A DNA stretch of 43,313 nucleotides. Source: Euryarchaeota archaeon UBA40 (GTDB taxonomy: Archaea; Thermoplasmatota; Poseidoniia; Poseidoniales; Thalassarchaeaceae). A model generated the notes under the pieces. It was not told the origin of the DNA, made no database searches, and saw only the letters and a list, made by a program, of their open reading frames with translations. The DNA lies in contig DAYJ01000014.1 in assembly GCA_002506875.1 (NCBI GenBank), positions 1 to 43,313 on the forward strand. Direction: 5' to 3'. The position numbers and the translations under genes were made by a program. This document shows, piece after piece, positions 23,904-33,204 of the stretch. Positions within the stretch are counted from its first letter, which is position 1. Every line of letters begins with the position of its first letter.

Positions 23904-25424
23904 ATGGGCGTGCGCAGAACGGGACCCTCACTCATCGTTCTCATGCTGTCATTGAGCCTTGTTGGATGCCTCGCTGCAGCTCCTGCAGAATGGGGAACAG
24001 GACAAGGAATGGTCTCCGTAGAAATGTCCAATGATGGGACGAGTGTGACCATTCACGAACGTCTCTCTAGTGACTCCAATAATGACATCGTTGGAGTCGA
24101 CGTTCCAGTCATTGGCTGTAACACCAATGAAAATGGTACTATTCCTCAGAAATCACAAGATGTGACAGCGTCCGACCATGGTGGAGATCCGATTAGAATC
24201 GAAGGATGGCTTGCTACATCGAAGTATTTTCCAGATGACGAAGGGCCTTCAATTCAAGCAATCATCGTCGATGTGATGCCAATTGAAGAAGCACAGGACA
24301 CGAAAGGGGTAGAGCGAGACCCTGGACAACAAGTTCCAGGTATCCAAGACAAACGATGGGCTACTCCTCTCTATGCTGAGGCTCAATTCGGGCAGGACTA
24401 CGACGCCGTCGAAGAAAAGCGTGGTTGGGCCCTGATTGGTATTATTCCAGGTAATGAGAATGTGCTCGATGGAATGGCTGGACTACAAGAATGGAATCGC
24501 CCAGTTGCCTTAGAGGGTTACATGATCCACGGATCGGTTGGAGGTACAGTGACTATTCCATCAGGTTCATCCGTACAGGATTGTGAATTGAGTTCTAACA
24601 CTCGATTTGCTGCTCACATGGTAATCACCAGCATCGAAATCGGAGGCGTGACTGCATCAGAATCCGAGGCATACTCTATGGGAAGTATACCTCTCATCGG
24701 CGGTCCACTCTACCTAATGATCGTCCTTATCGGAGGTGGGGCGGGTGCTTTCGGGACATTTACCTACGCTTCAATCCAGATTCGCACTGCTGCATCCAAA
24801 CAAGCAGCTACGCTGATGTCGGAGAAGCAGATCAAAGCAGCAGGAAGTGTTGCGAAGGAACTCAAGAAGCACAAGAAGGAAGTTGAGAGTATCAACAAAG
24901 ACAGAGAAAAATCCGAATCTGTCGGTGTAGTTGACGACACCAGTGTGAAGAAGGTCGAAATCAAAGAATTTGATATCTCAGCAACACTAGACGGACCCGC
25001 AGATTCTATGGAGGCGTTGAACAGTGTCTCACGAACCCCTGGTGCAGGAGTAATCCAAACCGAGGCATCAATCGAGATGGCCGACAAATTACGCGAAGTC
25101 ATGGAATCCGCGATGGAAGAAACAAGTTCTCCATCTTCTGGTCCAAGTGGGCGTCGAATGGGTGGAGGCGTAACTGGCAGTGGTGGCCCAGGAAGTCGAC
25201 GAACCATGTCGAGTTCGACTAGTTCCAATGAGATTGTTACTGAGGATGAATCACAACCTGAGCCAGTAAAGCGGAGCCCCCCGGTCAAGAGGAAGCGGGC
25301 GGTTCGCACACCAAAGGAAGAAATCATCGATCCTGAACCAGAAGAAGAACCAGAAACGCGGGCCGACACTCGTGAAGGTCCAAGTATCTCAGATGATGAT
25401 GAATTCTCAGACTTCAGTTTCTAA
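23904..25424 (+). CDS. Membrane-anchored (lipobox-like) surface protein with one TM and a long charged cytoplasmic tail
   Basis: I trimmed ORF 23814, which would overlap tRNA-Ser, to ATG 23904. Signal peptide MGVRRTGPSLIVLMLSLSLVGC. TM GGPLYLMIVLIGGGAGAFGTFTY. The tail is ~190 aa, Lys/Glu/Ser-rich, and ends in DDDEFSDFSF. Confidence 0.55.
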   Translation: MGVRRTGPSLIVLMLSLSLVGCLAAAPAEWGTGQGMVSVEMSNDGTSVTIHERLSSDSNNDIVGVDVPVIGCNTNENGTIPQKSQDVTASDHGGDPIRIEGWLATSKYFPDDEGPSIQAIIVDVMPIEEAQDTKGVERDPGQQVPGIQDKRWATPLYAEAQFGQDYDAVEEKRGWALIGIIPGNENVLDGMAGLQEWNRPVALEGYMIHGSVGGTVTIPSGSSVQDCELSSNTRFAAHMVITSIEIGGVTASESEAYSMGSIPLIGGPLYLMIVLIGGGAGAFGTFTYASIQIRTAASKQAATLMSEKQIKAAGSVAKELKKHKKEVESINKDREKSESVGVVDDTSVKKVEIKEFDISATLDGPADSMEALNSVSRTPGAGVIQTEASIEMADKLREVMESAMEETSSPSSGPSGRRMGGGVTGSGGPGSRRTMSSSTSSNEIVTEDESQPEPVKRSPPVKRKRAVRTPKEEIIDPEPEEEPETRADTREGPSISDDDEFSDFSF

Positions 25425-26483
25425 TTAGACGATTAGACGTATTGCCTGTGGCATGACTTGCATATCCAGAGGTGTACATCCAATGAGTTCACCATCAATG
25501 TTGATTGCCATTGGTTCATTCGTCTCGATTCTTAGATGTTTGAATCGGTGATAGATAACGCTGGGATGGAAAACATGTCTCCCCTCTTTCTGGAGCATGC
25601 CAAATGCCTTCAGCAACGATGGGCGACTCATCCTCTGTAATATGCCAAGATCCATCTCACCATCATCAACTGATGCACCTGGTCCGAGTTTCAATCCAGA
25701 ACCACCAAGCTGGGTATTCTGAATCAAGAAAAGAGTGTAGTCACCCTCCATTCGATGACCATCAAGAGTCAATGTGGCACGACGACGACGATTGACAAGC
25801 ATCATCATGACAATTCCTACATCGTAACGTATTGGACCCATCCAACGTAACTTCTCTGCGAGAACGACTGAATCTACCCCCAACCCCCATGTTACGAGAT
25901 TATGACTATACCATGTCATCTCAGGGCCTGGGTCCTTACGATTCCCTGATCGCAGATTCACCTCGGCAAGGTCAATCGCTTGAGTACGGCCTCGAAGAAT
26001 TCTAGATACACCATCATCTACCCCTGAGATTCCGAGTTCTGTTCCTTGAGAGTTCCCGGTTCCAGCTGGGATGACTGCGAAGATTGGTGTCGTTGTTGGT
26101 TTAGTTCTCATCCAACCAGTAATTGCTTCAGAAAGGCTACCATCACCACCAACCACAGCAATACAATCTCCATCACTCAAATCTAGAGATGCGGCAATCT
26201 CGACAAGATGGCTTGCATATTCTGAATGATGTACGTCAACAACTACTCCTGCCTCAATGAGGAGACGTTCGGCTTCTTGACCAACCAAGAGACCTTTCTT
26301 CCTACCAGAATATGGATTGACAAGGAGATGCACTTTGGAAGGGATTGACACATCAATTGCTGGCTGAGTGAAAAAAGGAGCGAAGATTGGGCGATGGACG
26401 CCGCTACGCTTTTTGGAAGAGGTGTCTGCTTCGAAGATCAAACGATCAACGGAATCGCCCATGAATTGAAAGAGAGGGCCCAC
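25425..26483 (-). CDS. Diacylglycerol-kinase catalytic-domain lipid kinase (YegS/BmrU/LCB5 family)
   Basis: VHLLVNPYSGRKKG, AVVGGDGSLSEAITG and IPAGTGNS. The track start is GTG 26483; ATG 26462 is an alternative. Confidence 0.75.
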   Translation of the reverse strand: MGPLFQFMGDSVDRLIFEADTSSKKRSGVHRPIFAPFFTQPAIDVSIPSKVHLLVNPYSGRKKGLLVGQEAERLLIEAGVVVDVHHSEYASHLVEIAASLDLSDGDCIAVVGGDGSLSEAITGWMRTKPTTTPIFAVIPAGTGNSQGTELGISGVDDGVSRILRGRTQAIDLAEVNLRSGNRKDPGPEMTWYSHNLVTWGLGVDSVVLAEKLRWMGPIRYDVGIVMMMLVNRRRRATLTLDGHRMEGDYTLFLIQNTQLGGSGLKLGPGASVDDGEMDLGILQRMSRPSLLKAFGMLQKEGRHVFHPSVIYHRFKHLRIETNEPMAINIDGELIGCTPLDMQVMPQAIRLIV

Positions 26484-26530
26484 AACATGAACCCTGTCCT
26501 GAACTATACCATAATTGAAGCGAAGCCATC

Positions 26531-27670
26531 ATGATAGATGCATCCCCCCCATACAACATGGAGCCAGAGGTGCGGTTCATGGCAAGAGCCATCGAGATTG
26601 CAGAACGTGGTCTCGCGCGAGTTTCTCCAAATCCACCAGTAGGTTGCGTCCTAGTACGGGATGGGCGGATTATCGCAGAAGGGTGGCACGATCGTATTGG
26701 TAACTTGCATGCCGAACAAGCAGCAATCGCAGATGCAGAAGAGCGTGGAGAGCCAACGGAAGGAGCCACCGCATACGTGACACTGGAACCATGCAATCAC
26801 TTTGGACGAACGCCCCCTTGCACTCAGGCTCTGCTATGGGCTGGAATTGATTCGGTAATAATCGCCGCCAAGGACCCGAATCCTAACGTTCGTGGCCATG
26901 GAATTAGAGTTCTCGAAGAAGCAGGCATCGAAGTTCGTTATGGCATGTTAGAATTAGAAGCGGAAAAGCAAATGCAGGCATTCATGCGTTGGTGTCATCA
27001 TCGACGACCCATCGTAACTCTGAAGATGGCAGTCGATGCAAAAAATCGTGTCGACACAGATTCGGGACCTTCTGCCCGTTTCACCACAGAAAAATCACTC
27101 GATTTCGCTCATGCTTTACGACGACAGACAGATGCAATCCTTGTCGGCTCAGGGACTGTAATCCGTGACAATCCATCGCTCACTGTTCGCCACGTCCCTC
27201 TTGATGGAGTTGACCAACCATTACGTATCGTTCTGGATCGACGAGGCCGTGTCTCATCGGATGCAAAGGTCTGGAATCGAGAGGCACCAAGCCTTCACAT
27301 CCATGGATTAGAGGATGTTGAAGAAAAAATGGATGTCGAATCCATAGCAATCGCTGATCTCAATGAAGAGAAAGGATTGCACGATCTACTCGATCTACTT
27401 GGGGATCGAGGTATCCAAGAACTTCTGATCGAAGGCGGCCCCCAAATCTGGACGAGTTTTCTTGATGCAGGCCTTGTAGATCGTCTAATCCACATCCGTA
27501 GTCGTGAAGATATAGGAAACGGACCAAAGATGATGCTAGATGAAGTATACTTGGATTCAAACAATCTCTTACTACATTCCGAATCTGAAGACACAGGTGA
27601 TTGGATTCAAATCTACACAAAATCGAACTTTAAGCCCCCAAATTCAGCGTGGCCCTACCCGTCGAGTTGA
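26531..27670 (+). CDS. ribD: Bifunctional riboflavin biosynthesis protein RibD (pyrimidine deaminase plus reductase)
   Basis: FMARAIEIAERG..SPNPPVGCVLV..GWH..HAEQAAI..GATAYVTLEPCNHFGRTPPC (CDA zinc motifs), followed by a RibD_C reductase domain (TLKMAVDAK.., ILVGSGTVIRDNPSLTVR, LLIEGGPQIWTSFL). Confidence 0.9.
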   Translation: MIDASPPYNMEPEVRFMARAIEIAERGLARVSPNPPVGCVLVRDGRIIAEGWHDRIGNLHAEQAAIADAEERGEPTEGATAYVTLEPCNHFGRTPPCTQALLWAGIDSVIIAAKDPNPNVRGHGIRVLEEAGIEVRYGMLELEAEKQMQAFMRWCHHRRPIVTLKMAVDAKNRVDTDSGPSARFTTEKSLDFAHALRRQTDAILVGSGTVIRDNPSLTVRHVPLDGVDQPLRIVLDRRGRVSSDAKVWNREAPSLHIHGLEDVEEKMDVESIAIADLNEEKGLHDLLDLLGDRGIQELLIEGGPQIWTSFLDAGLVDRLIHIRSREDIGNGPKMMLDEVYLDSNNLLLHSESEDTGDWIQIYTKSNFKPPNSAWPYPSS

Positions 27671-27696
27671 AATCAATCCGCCCGGTCGAGAAGGCT

Positions 27697-27770
27697 GGGC
27701 GATTGGTGTAGTCTGGATATCATCTGGCGCTTCGGACGCTAGGACACGGGTTCGAATCCTGTATCGCCCA
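27697..27770 (+). tRNA. tRNA-Arg (anticodon UCG)
   Basis: I folded this by hand. Acceptor GGGCGAT/ATCGCCC. Anticodon stem TGGCG/CGCTA with loop CTTCGGA. T arm ACGGG-TTCGAAT-CCTGT. Discriminator A. No intron, and CCA is not encoded. Confidence 0.85.
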
Positions 27771-27773
27771 CTC

Positions 27774-28913
27774 TCATATCGGTTGCAAGCGAAGTAGAAG
27801 TCGCGCTAGACTCCGGTGGACATGGATGGAGTGCGCGACATCGATACGGAGGTTTTGTTCAGAGAGAATGCGACTAAACACGTCGCCTTCTCCATCAAGA
27901 GCCAATGCAACATTTCCTGATCGAATTAATTCAGATTTATCTGGAGAAATAGGGAGGAGAATAACGAAACAACCTGTAGAGATCGCTTGGCAGGATTGGA
28001 CTGTTCGTTGAAAGAGATCCATTCCTTCACCATCCGACCAAGAATTTCTGCCATATGGTGGATCGAACACAAAGGCAGAGCCTTCCATTCCTGGCCAGAG
28101 TTCCTCCAATTGAGTTGCATCATGAGTGAACAACTTGTACAAAGATGGATCAATCTCAATCTGCTCTAGATTCTGTCGTGAACCTTCCACCATCCGGACA
28201 TCAAGATCAGAGCCGAAAACATGGATCCCACTGAGAGCGGCTTCGATGAGAATGCCTCCTGTTCCACAAAATGGGTCAATGATGGCGCTTGGTTTTTCAC
28301 CTAAGATTCTGGTCAGATTAACCATGGTTCGTGCAAGACGGGGATCAAGGCTGACTGGCCTAAAATAAGCTCGGTCGGTTGCACTCCGTGAAGCGAATAT
28401 TCCTCCACCTTGGCCCTTTTGAGCAACTACACCCCATATCCATCCATGCTCACTTACGTATTCCGATTCAGGATGTGTGGGCTCTGTAGCTGGGCCACAT
28501 GGATGAATCATCAGCGTCAAATCTGGACTGTCGAGATCAATTGATCGTCCTTGATTGTGTAACAATGCACCAACTTCTCGTTCCAAGACCTTGGTATTCT
28601 CATCCTCAATGAAGCCAAGACGATGAACTCGCACCATCACTGTTTGATTGATACTGGGGTGAGTATCATTGAACCAAGATGCTATCGATTCTGCTGAGGG
28701 ACGTTCTTTTGATTGACTGAACGGATGGAGAAGGCGATCAATTAGAGATGATTCGGAAATATTCGGAATTCCCGTAACAATCACAACACGAGGGTGGATT
28801 ACATCTTGGATTTCAGCGAAACTACCTGCTTCCGAACGGAACAAGGGTGGATGCCAACCGCTCCCAACCAACATGGACTGAGGGGGGGTCGCCATGGTAG
28901 TTGGAGGGACCAT
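27774..28913 (-). CDS. THUMP-domain tRNA guanine-N2 methyltransferase (Trm11 / archaeal Trm-G10 family)
   Basis: SAM-MTase motifs IIDPFCGTGGILIEAAL and GSDLD, and the N-methylase motif VFDPPYGR, preceded by a THUMP-like N-terminal half. An alternative start lies at 28895. Confidence 0.75.
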   Translation of the reverse strand: MVPPTTMATPPQSMLVGSGWHPPLFRSEAGSFAEIQDVIHPRVVIVTGIPNISESSLIDRLLHPFSQSKERPSAESIASWFNDTHPSINQTVMVRVHRLGFIEDENTKVLEREVGALLHNQGRSIDLDSPDLTLMIHPCGPATEPTHPESEYVSEHGWIWGVVAQKGQGGGIFASRSATDRAYFRPVSLDPRLARTMVNLTRILGEKPSAIIDPFCGTGGILIEAALSGIHVFGSDLDVRMVEGSRQNLEQIEIDPSLYKLFTHDATQLEELWPGMEGSAFVFDPPYGRNSWSDGEGMDLFQRTVQSCQAISTGCFVILLPISPDKSELIRSGNVALALDGEGDVFSRILSEQNLRIDVAHSIHVHRSLARLLLRLQPI

Positions 28914-28954
28914 TGGCCTTCAATCCTATAACACGCGAAGGACTCCAACAGCCC

Positions 28955-30574
28955 ATGGTGGGCGCATCCGGTCGACAGCGGACGGCTTTGTCCCTGCTTC
29001 TGATTATCGTGTTCTGTGTACCACTCTTCCTTTCAGGGATTCAAGCCCAAAGCGAAGATCCGCGAATTCTCAGTCATGAAAGGAACACTCTCTACTTCTA
29101 TGGAACCAATGACGGCGGCGCATCGAGTGCATGGCCCATGTGGAATCACGCTCAAGCATCCGATACAGACAGCGATGATAGCGTAAGTGAGAGTAATGCA
29201 TTCGTGCCAGGTGATCCGAACAATGGCGGAGGGACTAGAGAATTCACCTTTGATGGAAAAGTGTCTAACAGCAATGTCACTGAGATTAATCAAGAAGTGA
29301 CCATTACAGGAACACTCCGATTAGACATCTTCTGTCAGCAAGGAAGTTGTTCCAAGGATGTTACCGTTTACCTCCGTAAAGGTGGGGTCGATACTACCTC
29401 AATCACGATTTCTCCTGAGAATGAAGGAGGAGATACCTATGTCTTCGAATTCTTCCATAATATCAAGGAGGTGAAAGCAGGGGAAACTATTGGACTTCGA
29501 ATTCAATTCACGAAGCCATCTGGAGTAGGTGATGGGTATCAACTATACTTGGGCCAGAATAACTTCCAGATGGACATACCCGTGATTGCACCCGATACAT
29601 CAGATATTGGTGATGTACTTCTAGCAGATGGTGCCAACTGGGAAACTCCCTATGCAGATGCAGGTCTAGGTTTCCAAAGCCAAACAAGCAGTACCGTTGG
29701 AATCTTTCTTCCAATCCTCTTAGGAATCCTTCTTCTCGCTGGAATGATTTGTGGCATTGTATTCACCCCAGGGATGCCTGGAATTACCGCTGCTGCAGTA
29801 TTGGCTTGTTTGTCACTAATAGGGCCTGTTGTTGCTGCACCAATTGTTGGATATCTGGATATTGCACATCATTCAGATGTCGACATGGAGCCGAATGTCT
29901 ACACTGTAGATCAATTCGCAGCATTAGAAGCTAGTTCCGGGAGTTTCCTGACAGATTTCCGCGCTGGTGATGAGTTCGAAATTTGGGTACCTCTTGATGG
30001 AAGGGAGGTCTATTCGAAATCAATCCAACACAATGGAAGAAATGCTATCCTCTGGGGTTTCGGTCATCAAGAGCATAACGAAATCCTCGGGAATCCAGAG
30101 GTTACAACCGTCGCCGGCCGAGAAGCAATTCAACTCTACTTCTCAAGCATCATCCAATACACAGATGGTGCAGAGTGTGAAGGTCAAGATCCTAATGGAA
30201 CAGAATCCATTGCAGGAGAGGATTTCGATCCCTGCGATGAGTTTGACTTGACCAAGAGTGCTGGTGTTATGATGAGGGTCATCCTAGCTCAGGATGGCGA
30301 TTCTATACGCCCAATCAACAATGTGAATCTCACTCTAACAGATGGCAGTCCACGGAATGCAGTCGTTTGGACCGATGCTGAACCCATGGGTATGCCGCCA
30401 AGTTGGAGTATGTACAGTATGGCCGGAATGATTCCTACACTCGGATGTCTAGGATTCGGATTATTTTCTCTAATGAAGGAACGAGGAGGTTCCATATCGA
30501 ATGATGATGATGATGAGTTCTACGAAGATGACGATGACTTCGACGACGACTTCATTGATGACCTCGAACTCTGA
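28955..30574 (+). CDS. Multi-domain membrane protein (signal peptide, ectodomain, TM hairpin, second domain, TM) with a poly-acidic C-terminus
   Basis: I trimmed ORF 28901 (TTG) to ATG 28955, which gives the signal peptide MVGASGRQRTALSLLLIIVFCVPLFLSGIQAQS. TMs are near VGIFLPILLGILLLAGMICGIVF, AAVLACLSLIGPVVAAPIVGY and GMIPTLGCLGFGLFSLM. The tail is NDDDDEFYEDDDDFDDDFIDDLEL. Confidence 0.55.
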   Translation: MVGASGRQRTALSLLLIIVFCVPLFLSGIQAQSEDPRILSHERNTLYFYGTNDGGASSAWPMWNHAQASDTDSDDSVSESNAFVPGDPNNGGGTREFTFDGKVSNSNVTEINQEVTITGTLRLDIFCQQGSCSKDVTVYLRKGGVDTTSITISPENEGGDTYVFEFFHNIKEVKAGETIGLRIQFTKPSGVGDGYQLYLGQNNFQMDIPVIAPDTSDIGDVLLADGANWETPYADAGLGFQSQTSSTVGIFLPILLGILLLAGMICGIVFTPGMPGITAAAVLACLSLIGPVVAAPIVGYLDIAHHSDVDMEPNVYTVDQFAALEASSGSFLTDFRAGDEFEIWVPLDGREVYSKSIQHNGRNAILWGFGHQEHNEILGNPEVTTVAGREAIQLYFSSIIQYTDGAECEGQDPNGTESIAGEDFDPCDEFDLTKSAGVMMRVILAQDGDSIRPINNVNLTLTDGSPRNAVVWTDAEPMGMPPSWSMYSMAGMIPTLGCLGFGLFSLMKERGGSISNDDDDEFYEDDDDFDDDFIDDLEL

Positions 30575-30580
30575 GGTGAT
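30573..30580 (+). promoter_or_regulatory. Shine-Dalgarno sequence (GAGGTGAT) for fen
   Basis: It overlaps the upstream TGA stop and lies 3 nt before ATG 30584. Confidence 0.6.
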
Positions 30581-30583
30581 ACG

Positions 30584-31594
30584 ATGGGTTGTAACCTGAA
30601 GGATTTAGTTCGTCCTGAATCCATTGATTTGAATGACCTTGCAGGGGAAAAAGTCGCAGTGGATGTCTTTCTATCTGCTTACCAATTCATCACAGCGATG
30701 ACTGGAGAAGATGGTCGACCTCTCTCGAGAGATGGGAAGCCTGTCGCACATATCATGGGTTTCTTGGATCGGGCAACGACACTAATCGCCTCAGGGATTG
30801 ATCCAGTCTTCGTATTTGATGGTCGGCCCCACAACCTCAAACGAGATACTCTGAATGAACGTCGGGAACGTAAAGAGGGAGCGAAGAATCGGTGGAAGGC
30901 TGCTATTGAAGATGGAGACATGAAGGCTGCAAAGAAACTTGGGCCTCAAATTGCAGAATATACGAGAGAGATGGTTCAGGAGACGAAGGACCTCTTCGAT
31001 ACCCTAGGTGTAACTTGGATTGAAGCTCCTATGGAAGCTGAAGGGGCTGCTGCTGTGCGTGCACGCCGTGGTGAAGTACATGCTGTGGCAACGCAGGACT
31101 GGGATGCTCTATTGTACGGTTCACCGATAATGATTCGAAATCTAATGTCCCATGGTACACGTAAATTTGGACGGACTCTTACCGCAGAAAGAATTGTGCT
31201 AAGTGATGTGTTAGAAGAACATGATATCACACAAGAGCAATTAGTTGATCTCGGTATCATGATTGGGACTGATTTTCATCCCGGATTCCGAGGTATTGGA
31301 CCGAAAACAGGACTCAAACTAATCAAAGCCCATGGTTCATTGGAAGCTGTCGCCGAGTTGAAGGGGCACATCGTTCCCGATGACATAGAAGACATTCGTG
31401 ACCTCTTTCACAATCATCCAATTCATGCTAATGTGAATCTTCCAGAATCCGGCCGAGCAGTAGAAGAGCGTATTCGCCATTTCGTTCAGAAAGAAAGAGG
31501 CTTCTCAGAGGGGCGAACGGAACGGGCTTTGGAGCGTCTTGCATCAGTCGGTCGCCTCCGATCAGAGTCAAAGCCCACACTCTTCGATTTCTGA
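30584..31594 (+). CDS. fen: Flap endonuclease 1 (archaeal FEN-1)
   Basis: XPG-N/XPG-I architecture: VAVDVFLSAYQF, PVFVFDGRPHNLK, IEAPMEAEGAAA, ATQDWDALLYG, and H3TH GTDFHPGFRGIGPKTGLKLI. The C-terminus ends in ..PTLFDF, a PIP-box-like sequence. Confidence 0.92.
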   Translation: MGCNLKDLVRPESIDLNDLAGEKVAVDVFLSAYQFITAMTGEDGRPLSRDGKPVAHIMGFLDRATTLIASGIDPVFVFDGRPHNLKRDTLNERRERKEGAKNRWKAAIEDGDMKAAKKLGPQIAEYTREMVQETKDLFDTLGVTWIEAPMEAEGAAAVRARRGEVHAVATQDWDALLYGSPIMIRNLMSHGTRKFGRTLTAERIVLSDVLEEHDITQEQLVDLGIMIGTDFHPGFRGIGPKTGLKLIKAHGSLEAVAELKGHIVPDDIEDIRDLFHNHPIHANVNLPESGRAVEERIRHFVQKERGFSEGRTERALERLASVGRLRSESKPTLFDF

Positions 31595-31635
31595 ACAGCG
31601 AAACCTCATTCCATGTATCCTCACCTCAAGGTTTC

Positions 31636-33204
31636 ATGGGCTCGGAGGAGAGGAGTGTGTCATCATCTCTCAGTCAATCGAGTCAGTTGTGGACTGGACT
31701 TCTTCTCCTTGGAATCTTGCTGAATGTTCTTGTTGTGTTTACCAGTAATCTCGGCCTCGACACCCATGTCCATATGGCCCGTGCTGCGGAGGAAGACCGG
31801 ACAGGAGAAGCAATGCTTCCATGGGGACATACACGTCCGATTGATTCGATGTCTAGTGACCCTGCATACGCACCTATCACTGAAGAGGGGTGGTTTGAGA
31901 TTATGCCGAACACCGAAACTGAGGCGCATGCTCTTGGTCTCGGACTTATGCTGATTCTGTGTGGAGGCTCCTACCTCGTATTCTGGAAACTCTTTGGTCA
32001 TCAAGCTGCAATTTCTACCACTGCGTTAATCTCAATTCATCCAACATTCATATTTGCAACTGGGCGGACCTTTCCAGAAGTCGCAATGGCAATTCTAGGA
32101 CTCATGTTAGTCTTGGCCATACTATTCCATCGGATTGAACCAAACTGGAAAGGGGCGATATTCTCAGGACTCTTTTCGACTGTGACAATGGCAGGTATAC
32201 TCCAGGTCAAGGGTATACCCATTCACTTTTCGGTAGCCTATGGCTTGCTTATCGCTGGATGGCATATACTCGATAGCATAGAACGTATGAGAATCCTGAC
32301 TCGATCACCGAAGTACGTTGCAATGGTAAGCAGTATCGGAATTGGGACTGGTATCCTCCTCTACGGTGGATTATTTGGAACGGGGACTATCGGAACGATT
32401 AGTGAATTTCCTGAACGCTATGCATTCGCATTGATAATCGCAACTTTCGATGCTATCGGAATATTCGCATTATTCGGAATGGTCCTCTGGCCATTCTTAC
32501 GAAGTACAATACAGAGGCTTGGAAGCATCGAGGATCACAGCATAGCGACTGTCACTGGATTGATTACGGGTTTAGCGACTGTAATTACAATCTACATTGC
32601 TGCACTATGGACCTATGAAGCAGCACTCTGGAATGCTGAATGGCCAACAGTAATGTGGACAATGGGGAACAACGGACGCTATATCTCGATGCTTATGCTT
32701 CCCGCAATTCTCCTCATACATCTTGTCGGACTAAACAATCCTTCAGCTGAGACACAATCAAATCCTCAATCGAAAAAGAAGGCGCTACTGCTTGGTATCA
32801 TCCTCATACTCCCCCTCTCTATCCTGGCCGCAGTACATGGCCAAACCATGTGGACTGATGATGCTGGAGAATCCATGATCGATCTCGGCCTCATGGAGGG
32901 CGACGACTTCCTATTTATCTCCGAAGCCACGCTTGGGATGCATTGGCTCTACACCTTCCGTATCGAAGTCGACCCCAACGGTGAGAATGACATTATTGGA
33001 CACTGGAGAGATACCGATTCTGGATGGATTGAGGATCTGAGTCGAAGTGAGCCATTGCCAAATCGGGGAGATTTGAAGAATGTCCGATTCATTGTACTTT
33101 CACCCGGAATCAACACCATCCCGAACGGTTGGAATGTGGTAGATGAAGGAAAAGCTCCATGGATGAATGGTGGAGGGACTTGGCAGGTACTAAGTCAATC
33201 CTGA
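31636..33204 (+). CDS. Polytopic membrane protein (about 11-13 TM) with a ~130-aa C-terminal soluble domain; possibly a GT-C-like glycosyltransferase
   Basis: The hydrophobicity pattern and overall size and shape resemble ArnT/PMT-like enzymes. I could not identify a diagnostic catalytic motif. Confidence 0.4.
   Translation: MGSEERSVSSSLSQSSQLWTGLLLLGILLNVLVVFTSNLGLDTHVHMARAAEEDRTGEAMLPWGHTRPIDSMSSDPAYAPITEEGWFEIMPNTETEAHALGLGLMLILCGGSYLVFWKLFGHQAAISTTALISIHPTFIFATGRTFPEVAMAILGLMLVLAILFHRIEPNWKGAIFSGLFSTVTMAGILQVKGIPIHFSVAYGLLIAGWHILDSIERMRILTRSPKYVAMVSSIGIGTGILLYGGLFGTGTIGTISEFPERYAFALIIATFDAIGIFALFGMVLWPFLRSTIQRLGSIEDHSIATVTGLITGLATVITIYIAALWTYEAALWNAEWPTVMWTMGNNGRYISMLMLPAILLIHLVGLNNPSAETQSNPQSKKKALLLGIILILPLSILAAVHGQTMWTDDAGESMIDLGLMEGDDFLFISEATLGMHWLYTFRIEVDPNGENDIIGHWRDTDSGWIEDLSRSEPLPNRGDLKNVRFIVLSPGINTIPNGWNVVDEGKAPWMNGGGTWQVLSQS

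Noticed and set aside
26484-26530. A possible FMN riboswitch upstream of ribD.
   Set aside because: The intergenic region is only 47 nt and is shared with a divergent gene. That is far too short for an FMN aptamer.
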